This document shows positions 32,829 through 45,458 of a stretch of DNA of 64,000 nt, in pieces. This DNA is from Rebecca billardiae RCC1528 (lineage: Eukaryota; Protista; Haptophyta). The notes beneath the pieces are model-generated. The model did no database searches, was not told the DNA's origin, and worked only from the letters and a program-made list of their open reading frames with translations. Numbering within the stretch: the stretch's first letter is position 1; each line of letters begins with the position of its first letter. A program made the position numbers and the translations under genes. The stretch is from positions 62,001 through 126,000 of the forward strand of contig OZ251235.1 in the NCBI GenBank assembly GCA_965240325.2, given 5' to 3'.

Positions 32829-33581
32829 TCACAGCTCGGTCTTCTTATTGCGAGCCTCCTTCTCGGCTGTCTTGGCAAAGGAGGTGATCTCCTTGCTGGT
32901 GAAGGCCTTCAGCGTGCCCGTCATGTCGCCCTTCAGCTCGGCCTCCGCGGCGGCGGTCGCCGCACTCGTCGCCGCCTTGAGCACGGCTTCCTTGCTGTCG
33001 CCATTGCTGATGGCGGCCGCAGCCGCCTCTGTGGCCGCCACAATCACCGCCTTGGTCGCCTGTGCCTTCTTCTGCTCGCGCACGGCGTACTCGCGATCCT
33101 TGTCCTTATCCGACTTCTTCCCCTTCTTGCGCTTGAGCCAGCGCGTGTACGTGTCGTCGTCCTCCTCGTCCAGCTGCGTGATCTCTGCCTTGGTGAGCTC
33201 GCGCTTGCCTTCGCTCCAAAACTTGCTTAGCCCGCTCGCTGCCTCCTGCGCCGGCAGCGCGGCCTGGCAAGCAGCGGAGAGCTGCTCGGGTTTGACCCGC
33301 TGCAAGAGGCAGGGCACCGCCTCGCCATCCATGTTCGCACTCTCGCACACGCCGCCACGGCCGATGTCGGCCTCGCATGCCTGCATGAGCTGCAAGTATG
33401 TGTTGCAGAGCGCCGAGCGCTTGTCCGCGCCGAGCGCTTGCAGGCAGGCGTCGATGCCCTCGGGCGAGAGGTCGGCGCCCTCTCCGATGCAGTGCGCCTC
33501 GGTGTCACCCTCGCACGAGGGCATGTCCATAGCGCGAGCGAGACCGAGCGCCGCGCACAAGAGCACCGCGACGCGCGACAT
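32829..33581 (-). CDS. Secretory-pathway protein with Cys-rich (GLG1-like) repeats and C-terminal KTEL
   Basis: Signal peptide, two C..D...(H/V)C......CL....(L/R)S..C repeats, a K/E-rich helical tail, and the terminal sequence KTEL*. Confidence 0.75.
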   Translation of the reverse strand: MSRVAVLLCAALGLARAMDMPSCEGDTEAHCIGEGADLSPEGIDACLQALGADKRSALCNTYLQLMQACEADIGRGGVCESANMDGEAVPCLLQRVKPEQLSAACQAALPAQEAASGLSKFWSEGKRELTKAEITQLDEEDDDTYTRWLKRKKGKKSDKDKDREYAVREQKKAQATKAVIVAATEAAAAAISNGDSKEAVLKAATSAATAAAEAELKGDMTGTLKAFTSKEITSFAKTAEKEARNKKTEL

Positions 33582-35236
33582 GATGGCTCCGGCAAATGGC
33601 CCGCCGAGGCTGCCGTTCTCTGGTCCGGGCGTGGCTTCCGGTCGCCTCGTCTTCGCCATTCGCCGCCCATTTCAATAATCGCCTAGCATGGCCACGTGGC
33701 TGGACGATGGTCGGCGTTGTTGGTTGCGACGGGGCGACAGCGGTTGAGTCATTCGACAACATGCCGACCACGCGGCTGCAATACGCACGGGCTGATTGAT
33801 TACAGTTCCGCAGCTACCGCTCGTGGATGGCGCACGCCGCTCCGCTGCATCCGTCTTTCCGGCTCCGAGCTCCTGCGACGCCGCCGCCATCACGCTGGTG
33901 CGTGGATGGATGATGCGCATGGGCACGGCCGAGCTGCACGCGTCTGTTCCTGCATTCGAGGCCCAGACTTCACGAGCCGATGGGCATCACGCGCTGTTCC
34001 TGCTGCGCGCCCGGAAGGTGGCGTGGGTGCATTGCGTGCCCGCCGTGTCGAGCCTGGCCGTGGCACGCTTGGCTGTTCGCGATGGCGTCTCGCTTGACCG
34101 GGTGCGCGCACCCGAGCGCATCCGCACCCGCGGTGGGCTGAGCTGGGGAGGGCGTGTGGGTACGCGCCGATACCGCGCACGGCTGCCGATGACGATCGAA
34201 CGCAATCCTCACAATTCGGAGCGCCCTGCGCTGAGGAGACACGCGACACCATTGACCTGGGACATCTGAGGCAGCCAGCGTGCGCGGCACCCATCACACG
34301 GCGATGCACCCATCCAGCTCTGGCCGTGCTCTCCGCACCCATTTGCTGGCTGGCAGCCCCAGGGCGCTCACCGATGGCTGACTCTTACGCGCACGCGCTG
34401 CTGCACGCGGCGCGTCCCATCACGCCCCATGCCTGAATGCTGTCCTGCACACAGGCGATACGACGCGATGCTGTCCAGCGGTAACAGTCGGAATCTGTCT
34501 TGAGCAGGCGGTCCTCGGCGGCGGATATGCTGTCACTCTAGCGGCGAGTCTCTTTGTATTTTGTGCAGCCGGTCGTCGACTGGCTGCGCACGGGAGTGTC
34601 GGGTGGCCACGGTCACGTCAGTCACCACGTGGAGCTGGCCAGGCGACGGGGCGCACGGGGCCCACAGACATATTATTCATATTATTCACTCATTATTATT
34701 CACATCAGATTCTCCACTACAGTTTACTCAGAATAAGAGACGCACATGTACAGCTCAGGCAGGCGTACGTCGTCTCTCAAGTCTGATGCGATTTGGGTGG
34801 TCATTCAACTCATTTTGCATGAATTCCTGTATGATAATCACCGAAGCCCGACGAAACTCTGCGATGCAAGTACTGCTACTGACATTTCCGATAGCCATCA
34901 GACTTTATGAGTATCTATTGTGGTAGTAGTACGAAGAATATCAGGCTGTCCACAACCACGACTCTTGGAGTCTAGGGCATTCAACCAATGACAGGGCCTG
35001 ATCAATCGCCCCATCAGGCTCAAGTTTGCCACTTAATAAACTTCTGGCCAATGGAAATCAATCTATGATAGCGCTCACCCGTCCGGTCCCGCCCGCCCGG
35101 CGTGGCGGTAGGTACCTCTGTGCCCAACAGGCATCTGTCGTCATCACGTTCACACGTCAAGTCCTCGGTCCACGCGGCGACGATCGCCTTTCCGTCCACC
35201 CGCACGTACTTCTCGTCGTGGCACGTCTCGAGTATC

Positions 35237-36891
35237 ATGGGCTGCGGCGCGAGCGCTCCCGCGAAGACGTTGATCTCGGTATCATCCGATCGCACCGTCA
35301 CCACTACATCGAGCCTCTCCTCGTTGGGCTCGCCGCTTGGCTCGCCGTCGCTCACGTCTTTGCGGCGCCGTGGGGCTTCGCGCGGAGATCGCGGGCCTGA
35401 GCCATCGACCCGCGAGTTCGGCCTCGCAGGCCCCCTTCGCGAGCTCGAGCACTGTGTGCTCCTGGGCCACAGCGCGGCGGTATGCTCAGTGCTCATCTCG
35501 CGCGATGGCCGAACAGTTGTCGTCAGCAGCAAGAATCAGGAGCGTCGCGGGGGCGAGATCTGCGTGTGGGACACGCTCACAGAGTCGCGCCGCATGGTCC
35601 TCCAGGGCCACTCCCTCAACGTCTGGAGCGTGGCGATGAGCGCAGACGAGCGCCGGCTGGTGTCGGCGGGCGGCGACAACTCTGTGCGCCTGTGGGAGCT
35701 GGGGACTGGCGCGTGCGAGCTTGTCCTCAACGAGCACGCGCGCGACGCGACGAGCGTAGCGATCTCGGCGGATGGGAGGCGGATCGTGTCGGTCTCGTGG
35801 GATGTGACGCTCAGAGGTGCGGCGCTGCCACGCCCTCCGCTCGCCGCGCCGCGCCCAGCCAGCGCCGCGCACCTCGCCACCGCCTTGGATGCGCGCACCT
35901 GTACTCACCTCGCGCCCGCGCGCGCGCCCCACCGAAATGCACAGTGTGGGATGCGGACACGGGCAGGTGCCTGCACACGCTCCGCGGCTCGCACACGCGC
36001 AAGCTGCTTTGCGTGACGATCACGCCCGACGGCTCGTTCGCCGCGAGCGCCGGGCAGGACGGCAAGATCGCGATCTGGGACCTGCGCGAGGTCGAGAGCG
36101 GTGCGCTCAGCTCCGAGCAGCCACAGCACATGATCGACGCGCACATCGGCTTTGTGCACGCGCTGCACGCGTCCGACAGCGGGCGGCACGTCGTGAGCGC
36201 GGGGGCGGACGGGCGCGTGTGCGTGTGGGACCGCGCCACGGGCGCGTGCGTGCGCGAGCTGCGCGCCCACGAGGGCGCCGTGCTCGCGGTGGCCGTGACG
36301 CACGATGCATCGCTCATCGTGACGGGCGGCGTGGAGGGCGAGGTGCGCGTGTGGCACGCAGCGAGCGGGCGGCTGCTCGGCAAGTACGCAGACCATGGCA
36401 GCGCGGTGACGGCCGTCAGTCTCTGCGGCACGGCGCACTGCTTGCTCATCGCGAGCGGCTCGAGCGACGGCACTGTGCGCGTGCGCCGGTGGGCGGACGA
36501 CCGGAGCGGCGCGGGCGAGCCGCGACGGAGCGAGGCCGAGCACCGCGCGGCCAAAATCAGGGAGCGCCTCCCGCACCGGCACACGGTGAGCTCGGTCGAG
36601 ACGACCCTCGACGAGCAGGCCGTCTCGAGCGAGCCCGTCGGGCTGGGGAAGCACCTCAGCCTCGGCGCGGTCGTCACGCAGGCGGCGCCGTGGAGGCGAG
36701 CAGAGCCGGGACCGCCCGGGCACGATGAGTCCTTCTTGCGCCGTCGGAGCAAGGACGACTCCGACTGCATCGTCGGCGATGCGAGGGCATCGCGCGCGAG
36801 CGAGAGCACGGCGTCGAGTAGCACGAGTATGCGCAGGCTGCGCCTGTCCAGCGGCACGGTGCCGATGCCAGCGAGAGCTGCGGGCGGCTGA
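35237..36891 (+). CDS. WD40-repeat protein with N-terminal MGCGAS acylation motif (exons 35237-35816, 35945-36891)
   Basis: Multiple GH...S...D..VR.WD repeats. Intron 35817-35944 restores TLRVWD. Confidence 0.9.
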
Positions 36892-37526
36892 GTCGAGGGA
36901 CCGGATTCTCACTCACAGCAGCATTGGGCATTGGCTGCCCTGAGTCGTCGACGTCATCGACCATATATATATATATATGCCGCTTTAGCTTACGGCTCAG
37001 GCGCCTTAGCCGCCTACTGTTTATATTTGTTTATTTTAATAACGCGTATGCGTATAACTAGCGGCTCATACAGTTACATCACTCGGTAATACGGTATGTA
37101 CGCTACAGTTATTTACTTCTGTAATGGGACGCGGAGTTCAACGCTGACGCCCGGCGCGGAGTAGTCGGACCACGGTGCCAGCTCACTCTGTATACTCAAG
37201 CTCATTCTAGGCAGCTATATAGTGGCTGCTAGTGCTGACAGCAGGCTTCGGGCGCCTGTGAGACAGTGAGACAACTGGCAGTCGAGTCAGTCGGATTCTA
37301 CGCCTGCAGTACGGGCCAGTAACTAACTCAGTCCCGCGGGACTGTTTCCGTGCGGACGCGGTCTAATCACTCTTCACGCCTCGGCAAGCAGCGTGATGAG
37401 CAGGCAGGTGATGAGCTGGCAGCCATGGCGCACAGCACGCGCTTTGAGCTTGGTTTAGATACGCCGGCAGGAGGCCCGCACCTGTGCAGCCTCGGCACAT
37501 GGGGCCTGCCCCAGTGCTCCTCATTC

Positions 37527-38094
37527 TCACTTGCCCTTCGCGCGGCGCTGCTGCTTCTCGAGCTTGGCGCGCTTCTTGGCTGCGGCGGCATCGGAGGCAG
37601 CGCCACCGTCGCCGGCGTCGGGCCTGGTGATCCACGGGTAGATGAGGCGCGTCCATGCGTAGTAGAAGATGGCCGCCCATGGCTGCGCACAGGGGGAGGG
37701 AGGGCAATATGCGCTGTCGGCAACTCCGCGCGCCCTGCACCGCCGCGCGCCGCGCAGCGCTTACGATGACGTAGAGCGCCCACGCCCAGTCGGTGAAGTT
37801 GGACAGTATCTGCACGAAGAGTGTGTACCACACAAGGTCCCAGCTGTACTCCACAAGCCCCGCCTGGAACAGCTCGACGTCGCCGAGCGCCACGTGCCCC
37901 GAAAGCACCCAGTAGCAGCCGGCGTACACGGTGCTCGCGACGAGCAGCGTGAGCCAGTTGAACCAGGAGCGCGTCGCGGCGTGGTGGTAGAGTCTGTACG
38001 CCGCAAAGACCGCGGTGGACACCACCATAGCCACGGCGTGTTGCCGCACGATCGCGACGTTGCGCGCCTCGCGCTTCTCGGACGCCTTCCCCAT
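37527..38094 (-). CDS. TMEM208: TMEM208/SND2 (DUF788) ER targeting protein (exons 38094-37765, 37682-37527)
   Basis: MGKAS.KR...N start, GLVEYSWDLVWYTLFVQIL, spliced LYVI|PWAAIFY, and a basic KKRAKLEKQQRR tail. Confidence 0.85.
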
Positions 38095-38227
38095 CCTGGA
38101 TCCGCGTCGGAGCGTGGACAAATGGCGACGCGATGATGAGCGAGTTCCGCCGTTACGAATTCATCCCGAATGTATCGGGAGCAATGGTACATGGTACTTC
38201 ACGGGTCCGGTACGGTCATCAGGCACG

Positions 38228-39115
38228 ATGCCGCCCTCCAAGCCGCTCACGCTGCGCGCGGCGGCGCTCGCCATGCGCCCGTGGTCTTTCACGGCGACGG
38301 TGTCCCCCGTAGCGCTCGGCACGGTGCTCGCACGCCGCATCGACGGTGCCTTCGCCCCGGGCGTCCTCGCCCTCACCCTGCTCGTCACGCTGCCCGTACA
38401 CGGCGCAGGCAACCTGCTCAACACGTATGGCGACTTCCAGAGCGGCTGCGATGGCGCCGAGTCTTCGGACCAGACGCTGGTCAGCGGCCGACTTCTGCCG
38501 GCGCACGTGCTACGGCTCGCGCGTGGCTGCCTCGTGACGAGCGCGCTCGCGCTCGTCCCGCTGCTCTCGCTCACGTCGCTCCCGCTGCTGCCGTCATGCA
38601 CGCTGTACGTGCTCGGCGTGCTTGGCGCGACCAGCTACACGGGCGGGCCGGCGCTGAAGTACAAGGCGCTCGGGGACTTGCTCATCATGCTCACCTTCGG
38701 GCCGGTCCTCATCATGTTCGCGTACGCGATGCAGAGCGGCCGCGTCGCAGCCGCGCCGCTGCTGCTCACGATCGCGCCGACCGTGCACATCGAGGCGATC
38801 CTGCACGGCAACAACCTGCGAGACATGAAGGAGGACGCGCGGAACGGCGTGCTCACGCTGGCGCTGCTCATCGGGCGCGGGCTCTCGGTGCATCTGTACG
38901 CGCTGCTCGTCGTGCTGCCCTATTGCATCGTCGGCGCGCAGGCGTGCATGCTCGCCTCGCCCGCGCGCGCGCTGCCACTGCTCACGGCTGCGCTCGCCAT
39001 GCCACTCGTGCGCGGGACCTACGGCGGGCATCTGCACGAGCTGCCGCGGCGGACAGCGAAAATGCAGTTTGCCTTTGGCGTTCTCTACGCCGTCTCGCTG
39101 GCGGTGTGCCACTGA
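38228..39115 (+). CDS. UBIAD1: UbiA-family prenyltransferase, UBIAD1/MenA-like
   Basis: MRPWSFTAT, GNLLNTYGDF..G.D...SSDQTLV, YTGG..LKYKALGD and LHGNNLRD..ED...G..TLA motifs. Confidence 0.9.
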   Translation: MPPSKPLTLRAAALAMRPWSFTATVSPVALGTVLARRIDGAFAPGVLALTLLVTLPVHGAGNLLNTYGDFQSGCDGAESSDQTLVSGRLLPAHVLRLARGCLVTSALALVPLLSLTSLPLLPSCTLYVLGVLGATSYTGGPALKYKALGDLLIMLTFGPVLIMFAYAMQSGRVAAAPLLLTIAPTVHIEAILHGNNLRDMKEDARNGVLTLALLIGRGLSVHLYALLVVLPYCIVGAQACMLASPARALPLLTAALAMPLVRGTYGGHLHELPRRTAKMQFAFGVLYAVSLAVCH

Positions 39116-39517
39116 GGTGTAACCGCCGTGCCATGCGTGCGCGCGCGTGCTCGGCCCCCATCTCGGGACTGCCCCACGCCCCCGTTCCCGCGGTTCCGGG
39201 GGGCTACCGCCCCGCTAGTAACTATTAGTATTACTCAGCATGCAGCGCTGTCTCAGAGGTACCTTGCCCTCGACGTACTCGCGGTACTGCCGCCGCCATC
39301 GACACTGGCGTCGGGGCCCGTGGCGTGAATGGTGATGCCCGACAGCCCGTTCCTGGTTGACAGACTGTAAGCTCTAGTCTCATCACTGCTAGTAGTCTCA
39401 GTAGTGTCAGGGTAACTACGACTGATGAACAATCTCCCGGCGCCCCTCCATCGAACGGTGTATGGGGGTATTTCTTCGCCATCTTGCCTCCGGCGCCGTC
39501 TGTCGTTCCGGAGGTGC

Positions 39518-39541
39518 CACCTAAAAACATAGTAAACTGTA
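39518..39541 (-). mobile_element. Solo MITE-type terminal inverted repeat
   Basis: The minus strand reads TA-CAGTTTACTATGTTTTTAGGTG, matching the TIR of the 17459-17596 element. Confidence 0.55.
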
Positions 39542-39609
39542 GTAGATGAAAACGCTTCACAGTCGTCACGACCTTCGAGACCGCCGCCCGCGGCGCACTC
39601 GCGCGTGTC

Positions 39610-41576
39610 ATGTCGCGGCGGGGTCGACAGGCGGAGGCCGCCGAGCTGCTCTCGCAAGTCGAATCGGGGGAAATCGCGGCGCTCTTCCAGCTGCAGTCGA
39701 TCACGGCCACGCCGAGGCCTCCGCCGGGGCTGGAGCCCACCGCTGTTGTCCCCATCGTGGCCGCATTCCTCCGCGAGCGCGTCCCTGAGGAGAGGGACGC
39801 CGCGCGCGCCGCTTGGATGCTCGGCCTGTCCGCGCTCGCGAACGCGTGCGTGGCGGTGGACCAGGAGGACGCGCCACCCTCTGTGCGCGAGCTGTTTGCG
39901 TCGCACATCGCCCCAGTGCTCGCGCGTCTCGAGGCGGCCCTGCCACTCCTCGGCCCGATCGAGTCGGCCGCGGATCACCGGCCGGACAGCGATCCAGGCT
40001 CGTATCCTCTCACGGCGGTGCTGCGCCTGCTGTCGAACACGACGTGCTCGTGGATTCGCCCTTCGTATGCCGACGTCCCCGAGCTCGTGCGCCTTGCGCC
40101 GCGTCTCGCGGGCGTGTTCGCGCGCGAGAAGCGGCTGGGCGGCGTGCCGTCAGGCGACCAGGGCGTGGTGAGCGCCCTGCTCGTCAGCGTCGTCTTCAAC
40201 CAGTCGAAGGATCCGCAGCTGTGCCGCGCGATGCTTGGGGAGCCTGCCTGCATCGATGGTCTCGCCCAGCTCTGGCCCACGCTGCGCGACCCGAAGCTGC
40301 GCGTCCACCTGCTCGAGGCGGTGCACCAGCTGGGCGAGTGCGCCCTGCACGCAGAGGCGGGGGGCCCGAGCGGCTTCGCCGTGCTCGCGAGCTGCGCGAG
40401 CATGGGGGCGCTCGTGCACGAGGTGCTCGTGCGTGACGACGAGTGCATCCCGAGCGCCGCGCCCGCGAGCACGCACACCTTCGCCCTCGGCCTCGCCACC
40501 AACCTCCTGAACAACGAGCGCGAGGCCGCGCTCAAGGTGCTCGGCCACGCGCGAGTGCTGCTGCCAGTCGCGGAGAAGCTCGCAAGGGCCACCGATGCCG
40601 AGCAGCGCGAGCTGGGCGCGGCTGTGCTGGACGCGCTCCTCCGCGACCTCGCGAGCCTGCGCAAGCTCGTCGCCGACCTTGCCGCAGCCGACCGGCTCCG
40701 ACTCGCCGCGCAGGGCGCGCACCCTGTGCTGCAGGAGCTCGGGCGCACGCTCGCACTCGTGGGCATGCCCGATGCGTCCGCGCCCACACCCGCCGCCGAG
40801 CACGCGAAGAACTTCGCGTGCCACAACGCGGAGTGCAGCAAGCTCGCCCAGCCGGGCGAGCAGTTCAAGCAGTGCAGCGGCTGCCGCAACGTGCGCTACT
40901 GCAGGTGCGCCAGCCGGCCGCGAACCCACCCCCTGCCGACCGCGGCGCTACCTCCCGCCACCGCCGCTCACCGTCGGAACGTGCCCGCCTCGCCCTGCGC
41001 GCGCGCAGCCCCGAGTGCCAGAAGCAAGATTGGCGGAGGCACAAGCGTGCGTGCAAGGAGCACCAGGCGCAGGCAGCGCAGCACGGCGGCTCGGCCCGCT
41101 TCGCCGCGTCCGTGATGAAGGTGCTCGAGGACAAGGCGCAGGACTGGTTCCAGGACAACCTCGTGCCCGTCTTCATGCTCGCGGCCGAGTGGAAGGTGGC
41201 CCCGACCGAGCTCGTGCTGGCGGCCGACTTTACGCAGCTCGACGAGGAGGGCCAGCCGCGCACGCGCGTCGTGCGCGAGGCCGACATCAGCCGACTGCGC
41301 CGCATCGAGTGGTGGGACGACAGGGTGCAGGCGGACACGGACGAGTACCTCGTGAAGCGGCGCGAGAGCGTGCGCGCGGGCCAGCGTGTGGAGCAGGTCG
41401 TGTACGTGGCGCGCTTCGATCGGGGGGTCATCGGCGGCCGCTTCATCATGCCGCTGGAAGGGCTCAAGGAGGTGAAGCAGGCAGCGCGCAAGATGCGCTC
41501 GGACATGCTTGCGGCCATCGGCCCCGCCCGCATCGTCCCGACCATCCTCGAGGAGCTCAACGCCGCCAGTGATTGA
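39610..41576 (+). CDS. Helical (ARM-like) protein with MYND zinc finger (exons 39610-40904, 41009-41576)
   Basis: CHNAEC...[26 protein letters not shown] is formed across intron 40905-41008. Confidence 0.9.
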
Positions 41577-42015
41577 CGCATGCCTGCGGCCTGTGGGCCG
41601 ACACGTGCTGCGACGTGCCCACTCTCACAGGCCGCTGGAGGGCCAGGCTGCAGCTTTCGTCGGAGTGCTGACCGCGGGCCCGCCGCGAACGCTCCGATGG
41701 CGACGCCCGCGCGTGGACCGGGCCTCGTGCAGTCGTGGTCCCGGCGCGACGCGCGCGGCCGCTGACGACCGTAGTCGAAGCCTATGAGCGTGCCTGGCAT
41801 GCCGCGGACCGCGCGGCTCACCGATCCGTCGGCCCGGCCACCGAAGGACGCACGTGTGCCAGTTGAGGCGGCACTTCTCAAGACCGCGTGTACTGCGCGC
41901 TCCGCCATCGTGCGGGCCGCCCGCGCCGTGACGCCCGCGGGCGGCGTGCCTGGTGCTCACCAGGTGTGCCAACGGTACTAACGCCTGAAGTCGCGCGCGT
42001 GTCTCGAAGGGCGAC

Positions 42016-43258
42016 ATGGCGGAAGAGCGCTTCGACGGGCTGTACATGCAGGTGGCGCAGCAGGCCGGGGGCATCGACCCGCTCTTCGACTCTTTCTTCG
42101 GCTTCCTCCGCAGAAAGACGGACTACTTCGCCGGCGCCGGTGACGCGAGCAAGGCCGAGGCTACGATGACGGACGCCTTCAAGCGGCACTTGCAAATCTG
42201 GCAGAAGGAGGAGAAGGAGAAAGAGGCGCGCGAGGCCAAGCGCAAGGCGGACGAGCTGGCGCGCAAGAAGCGCATCGAAGAAGAGAAGGCCAAGGAGGCC
42301 GCCGCCGCCGCCGCCAAGAATTCGCGCTTCGAGGAGATCACAGAGACCGCGCAGTCGGCAGCTGCGGCGGCATCGGCAGCGCCCGCGGCCGCGGGCGAGG
42401 CTACGGGGGCGCCGGCGAGCGAGGATGGGGATGGCGAGAGCAAGGGCGCAAGTGCGTACTCAGGCGCGCCCCGCCCTTTCCCGCCGCCAGCCGCCCGCCT
42501 CAATCCTGGCTGCGGCGCGCGCTTCACGCGCGGTGGTCCCCTGTGGTGCTCGGCTGCTGACTTGCGCGTCTGCGCGCACGCACGCCCGATTGTGCCCACC
42601 GCGTGCGTGTGCGCCCACAGCGCCCATAAACAACGGCGGCATCACGGACAAGTACAGGTGGACGCAGACCCTCGCAGACGTCAACATCTACGTCCCCGTC
42701 CCCGAGGGCACGCGCGCCAAGCAGCTGAACGTCACCATTGCAAACACGAAGCTGGCCGTGGGCCTGAAGGGGCAGGAGACGGTCATCGACGGCGAGCTGC
42801 ACGCGCGCGTGAAGGCGGACGACTGCTTCTGGACGGTCGAGGACAACAAGGTGGTGAACATCACGCTGCAGAAGCAGAACGACATGGAGTGGTGGAAATG
42901 CGTGCTGGTTGGAGACCCGGAGATCGACGTGCGCGCGCGACCCTGGCAGCGCGGCGGGTCGCGCGCGGGCGGCGGCGGGATGGGGGGGCGGATGCGCCGA
43001 GTGCCGCGTGTTGACACGCCCGCGGCCGCGTGCTCTCGCGCCGCACCGCGCGCGCAGACGCAAAAGGTCGAGCCGGAGAACTCGCAGCTGTCCGACCTCG
43101 ACGGCGAGACGCGGCAGACGGTCGAGAAGATGATGTACGACCAGCGGCAGAAGCAGATGGGGCTGCCCACCTCGGAGGAGCAGCAGAAGCAGGACATGCT
43201 CAAGAAGTTCATGTCGCAGCACCCGGAGATGGACTTCAGCAACGCCAAGATCTGCTGA
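42016..43258 (+). CDS. NUDC: Nuclear migration protein NudC (CS/p23 domain co-chaperone) (exons 42016-42451, 42621-42928, 43058-43258)
   Basis: FFGFLRRKTDYF, YRWTQTL, VEKMMYDQRQKQMGLPTSEE and HPEMDFSNAK. Confidence 0.97.
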
Positions 43259-43965
43259 GCGCGCTGCAGGCGAACCATGCTCATCGGCTGATCGGCGCGC
43301 GTGCCCGCCGCGCCCCGGTGGCGGTTACGATCGAATACTGTCATAGTACTGATACTCGAGCGCAGTCAGACACTCATCATCACAGTAGAGAGCAGTGTCA
43401 GATGATATTGTCTGAGACTCATCAGCATTGAGAGTGAGACTATCGTCTGAGATATATGCCAGATATCGCGTTGGGGGCCGGCGTTGCCGTTGGGCCGTTG
43501 GGGCGGCCCCGCCTGCGCCCTGGCCCCTGCGCTGCTGCCGCAGTTCAGATCGCGGTCCATGTAACGATGTCAAGTCATGTTATGATATTTAGCACTGTTC
43601 AGCAGCCCGTGTCACTCCTGCCCGCTTGCTCCTGGTGTGCCCGAACTCGGCCAAGCCGCAGGCTTCACCGAGCTGCTCCATATATGACGATCGGCGCCTG
43701 CCCGTCAAATGAGAGGAGGCAGAGATGGGGTGCCCCTGGCCGAGGCGCACTCGACGGCAGAGCGGCCCACTGCTGGCCAGCGGCGGTGTCGGCTGCCGGG
43801 GCGCAGCGTGCGGCGTGCGGCCCGCGGTCAGAGCTGTGGCCGATGCCTCCGCGCAGCTGCGACCTGCCGAGCAAACCAGCGAGCACGAGCGGCGCGGCGG
43901 GCAGCCCCGGCCGACGAGCGTCAGCCGATGCGCGCGCGCGCTCGCGCTCGCGCGCGTCCCACGGG

Positions 43966-45137
43966 CTAGCGCGTCGCGGGCAGGTTGCTCTCACTGACCG
44001 GCACGCGTTGGTACTCGACGCCGCTCACGCTCGCGGCGATCGGCGGCGGCTCGGGCTTGACGTTGTACTGCACGGCGGAGGCGGCGACGGTGATGATGGC
44101 GATGAGCAGCTGCGGCGAGGGGGACTGGGCGAAGAGGTAGATCGAGAGCACCATTGTCACGAGCATCGCGCACGCGTGCGCGTACACGCGCGCGATGTTG
44201 TCCGCGTACTTGAGGATCGCCGAGATGGCGAGGCCGTTGAGCGCGTTGTTCAGCACGGTCGCCCACGCCCACCGGTTGAAGCCGACGAGCGGGCCTCGTC
44301 GGAAGACGGCGGAGCCGTCGCTCACAATCACGCCGAGCATGTTGAACAGGATGCCCCACGTGTACAGCTGGATGTTCTGCCAGTGGATCGAGTCCTTCGG
44401 CTTGTCCTTGAGCAGCTTCTCCGAGTAGATGCCGCCGAACGCCGAGAGCAAGCACGAGATGATCGAGAGGGTCACGCCCCACAGCGACGAGCTGCCGCTG
44501 CTGTGCCCCGCGGTGCACTTGGGGATCTGGCTGGTGGCGGTGCCGCACGCGAGCTGCACGATCGCGATGTACTGGTACACCGTCAGGTGGCGCGAGAGGA
44601 AGAGGCGGAAGAGCAGGCCGGTGAAGACCGTCTTGAGCTGGCTGAGCAGCTGGAAGGTCGTCGCGTCCACGTGCGAGAGGATGGCAAACACGAGGTTGTT
44701 GTTGACGAAGTAGATGAACGCGGGCACCGCGTACTCGGCCACCTCGTGCGTCACGTGCGTGGGCGGCGCGCCCGGCGATGAGCACAGCATGGTGACCGAG
44801 ATTGCGATCTTGAGCACCTCTGTGGGCCGCGAGGCAAACGGGCGCGAGACAGCGCACGCGGCAGCGGGGGAGCGGAGGGTCAGCGCGCGCGCAAGCGGCG
44901 ACGTCTATTCGTACTCACGCGGACACGAGCGACACAGCCGTGCGCTTGGGCGCCTCGCGGCCACCGACTGCCTGGCACGCGCTCGGGGCAGGCCGCGCGA
45001 GCTGTACCTGACAGGAGCGTCGAGCTGATCGGGCTGTAGTCGAGCTGACCGCTCGAGTTCTGGCTGAGGGTCACGAGGATGGGTTGCAGCGTCATGAGAA
45101 ACACGCCGGCCAGAATGTACGGCAGTTGGCCTCGCAT
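43966..45137 (-). CDS. Nucleotide-sugar transporter, SLC35A (CMP-sialic acid/UDP-Gal) family (exons 45137-45008, 44819-43966)
   Basis: Spliced LLS-EVLK, then YAVPAFIYFVNNNL, FQLLSQLK, GIYSEKLLK and ILKYADNIAR. Confidence 0.95.
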
Positions 45138-45458
45138 CGTGCCCCACGGGCACCGCGCCGCGCAGCGCGGCACGTGCTCGCGGGCCGCGGCCGAAGAGCT
45201 GTTGAGGCCGCCGCGACTGGTGCCGATGAAAGGACGCGCGCCGTTGGACGAATAAAAAGCCGTGTCGCGAAAATTGATGGCGCGCTCGCAGAAATCACCG
45301 CCGATCAACAGCCGAATCCAGCATGGAGTCCCAGGTTCACCGTTCAAGTTCCAAGGTGCACGCCTCGTGAGGAGCCGCCGAAGAGAGCAAGGCCTCCGCT
45401 CTCTCACGCGTGCACCAACCGATGCCTGCTTGAGAGGCACCCGCCGCTTGATGGAGTG

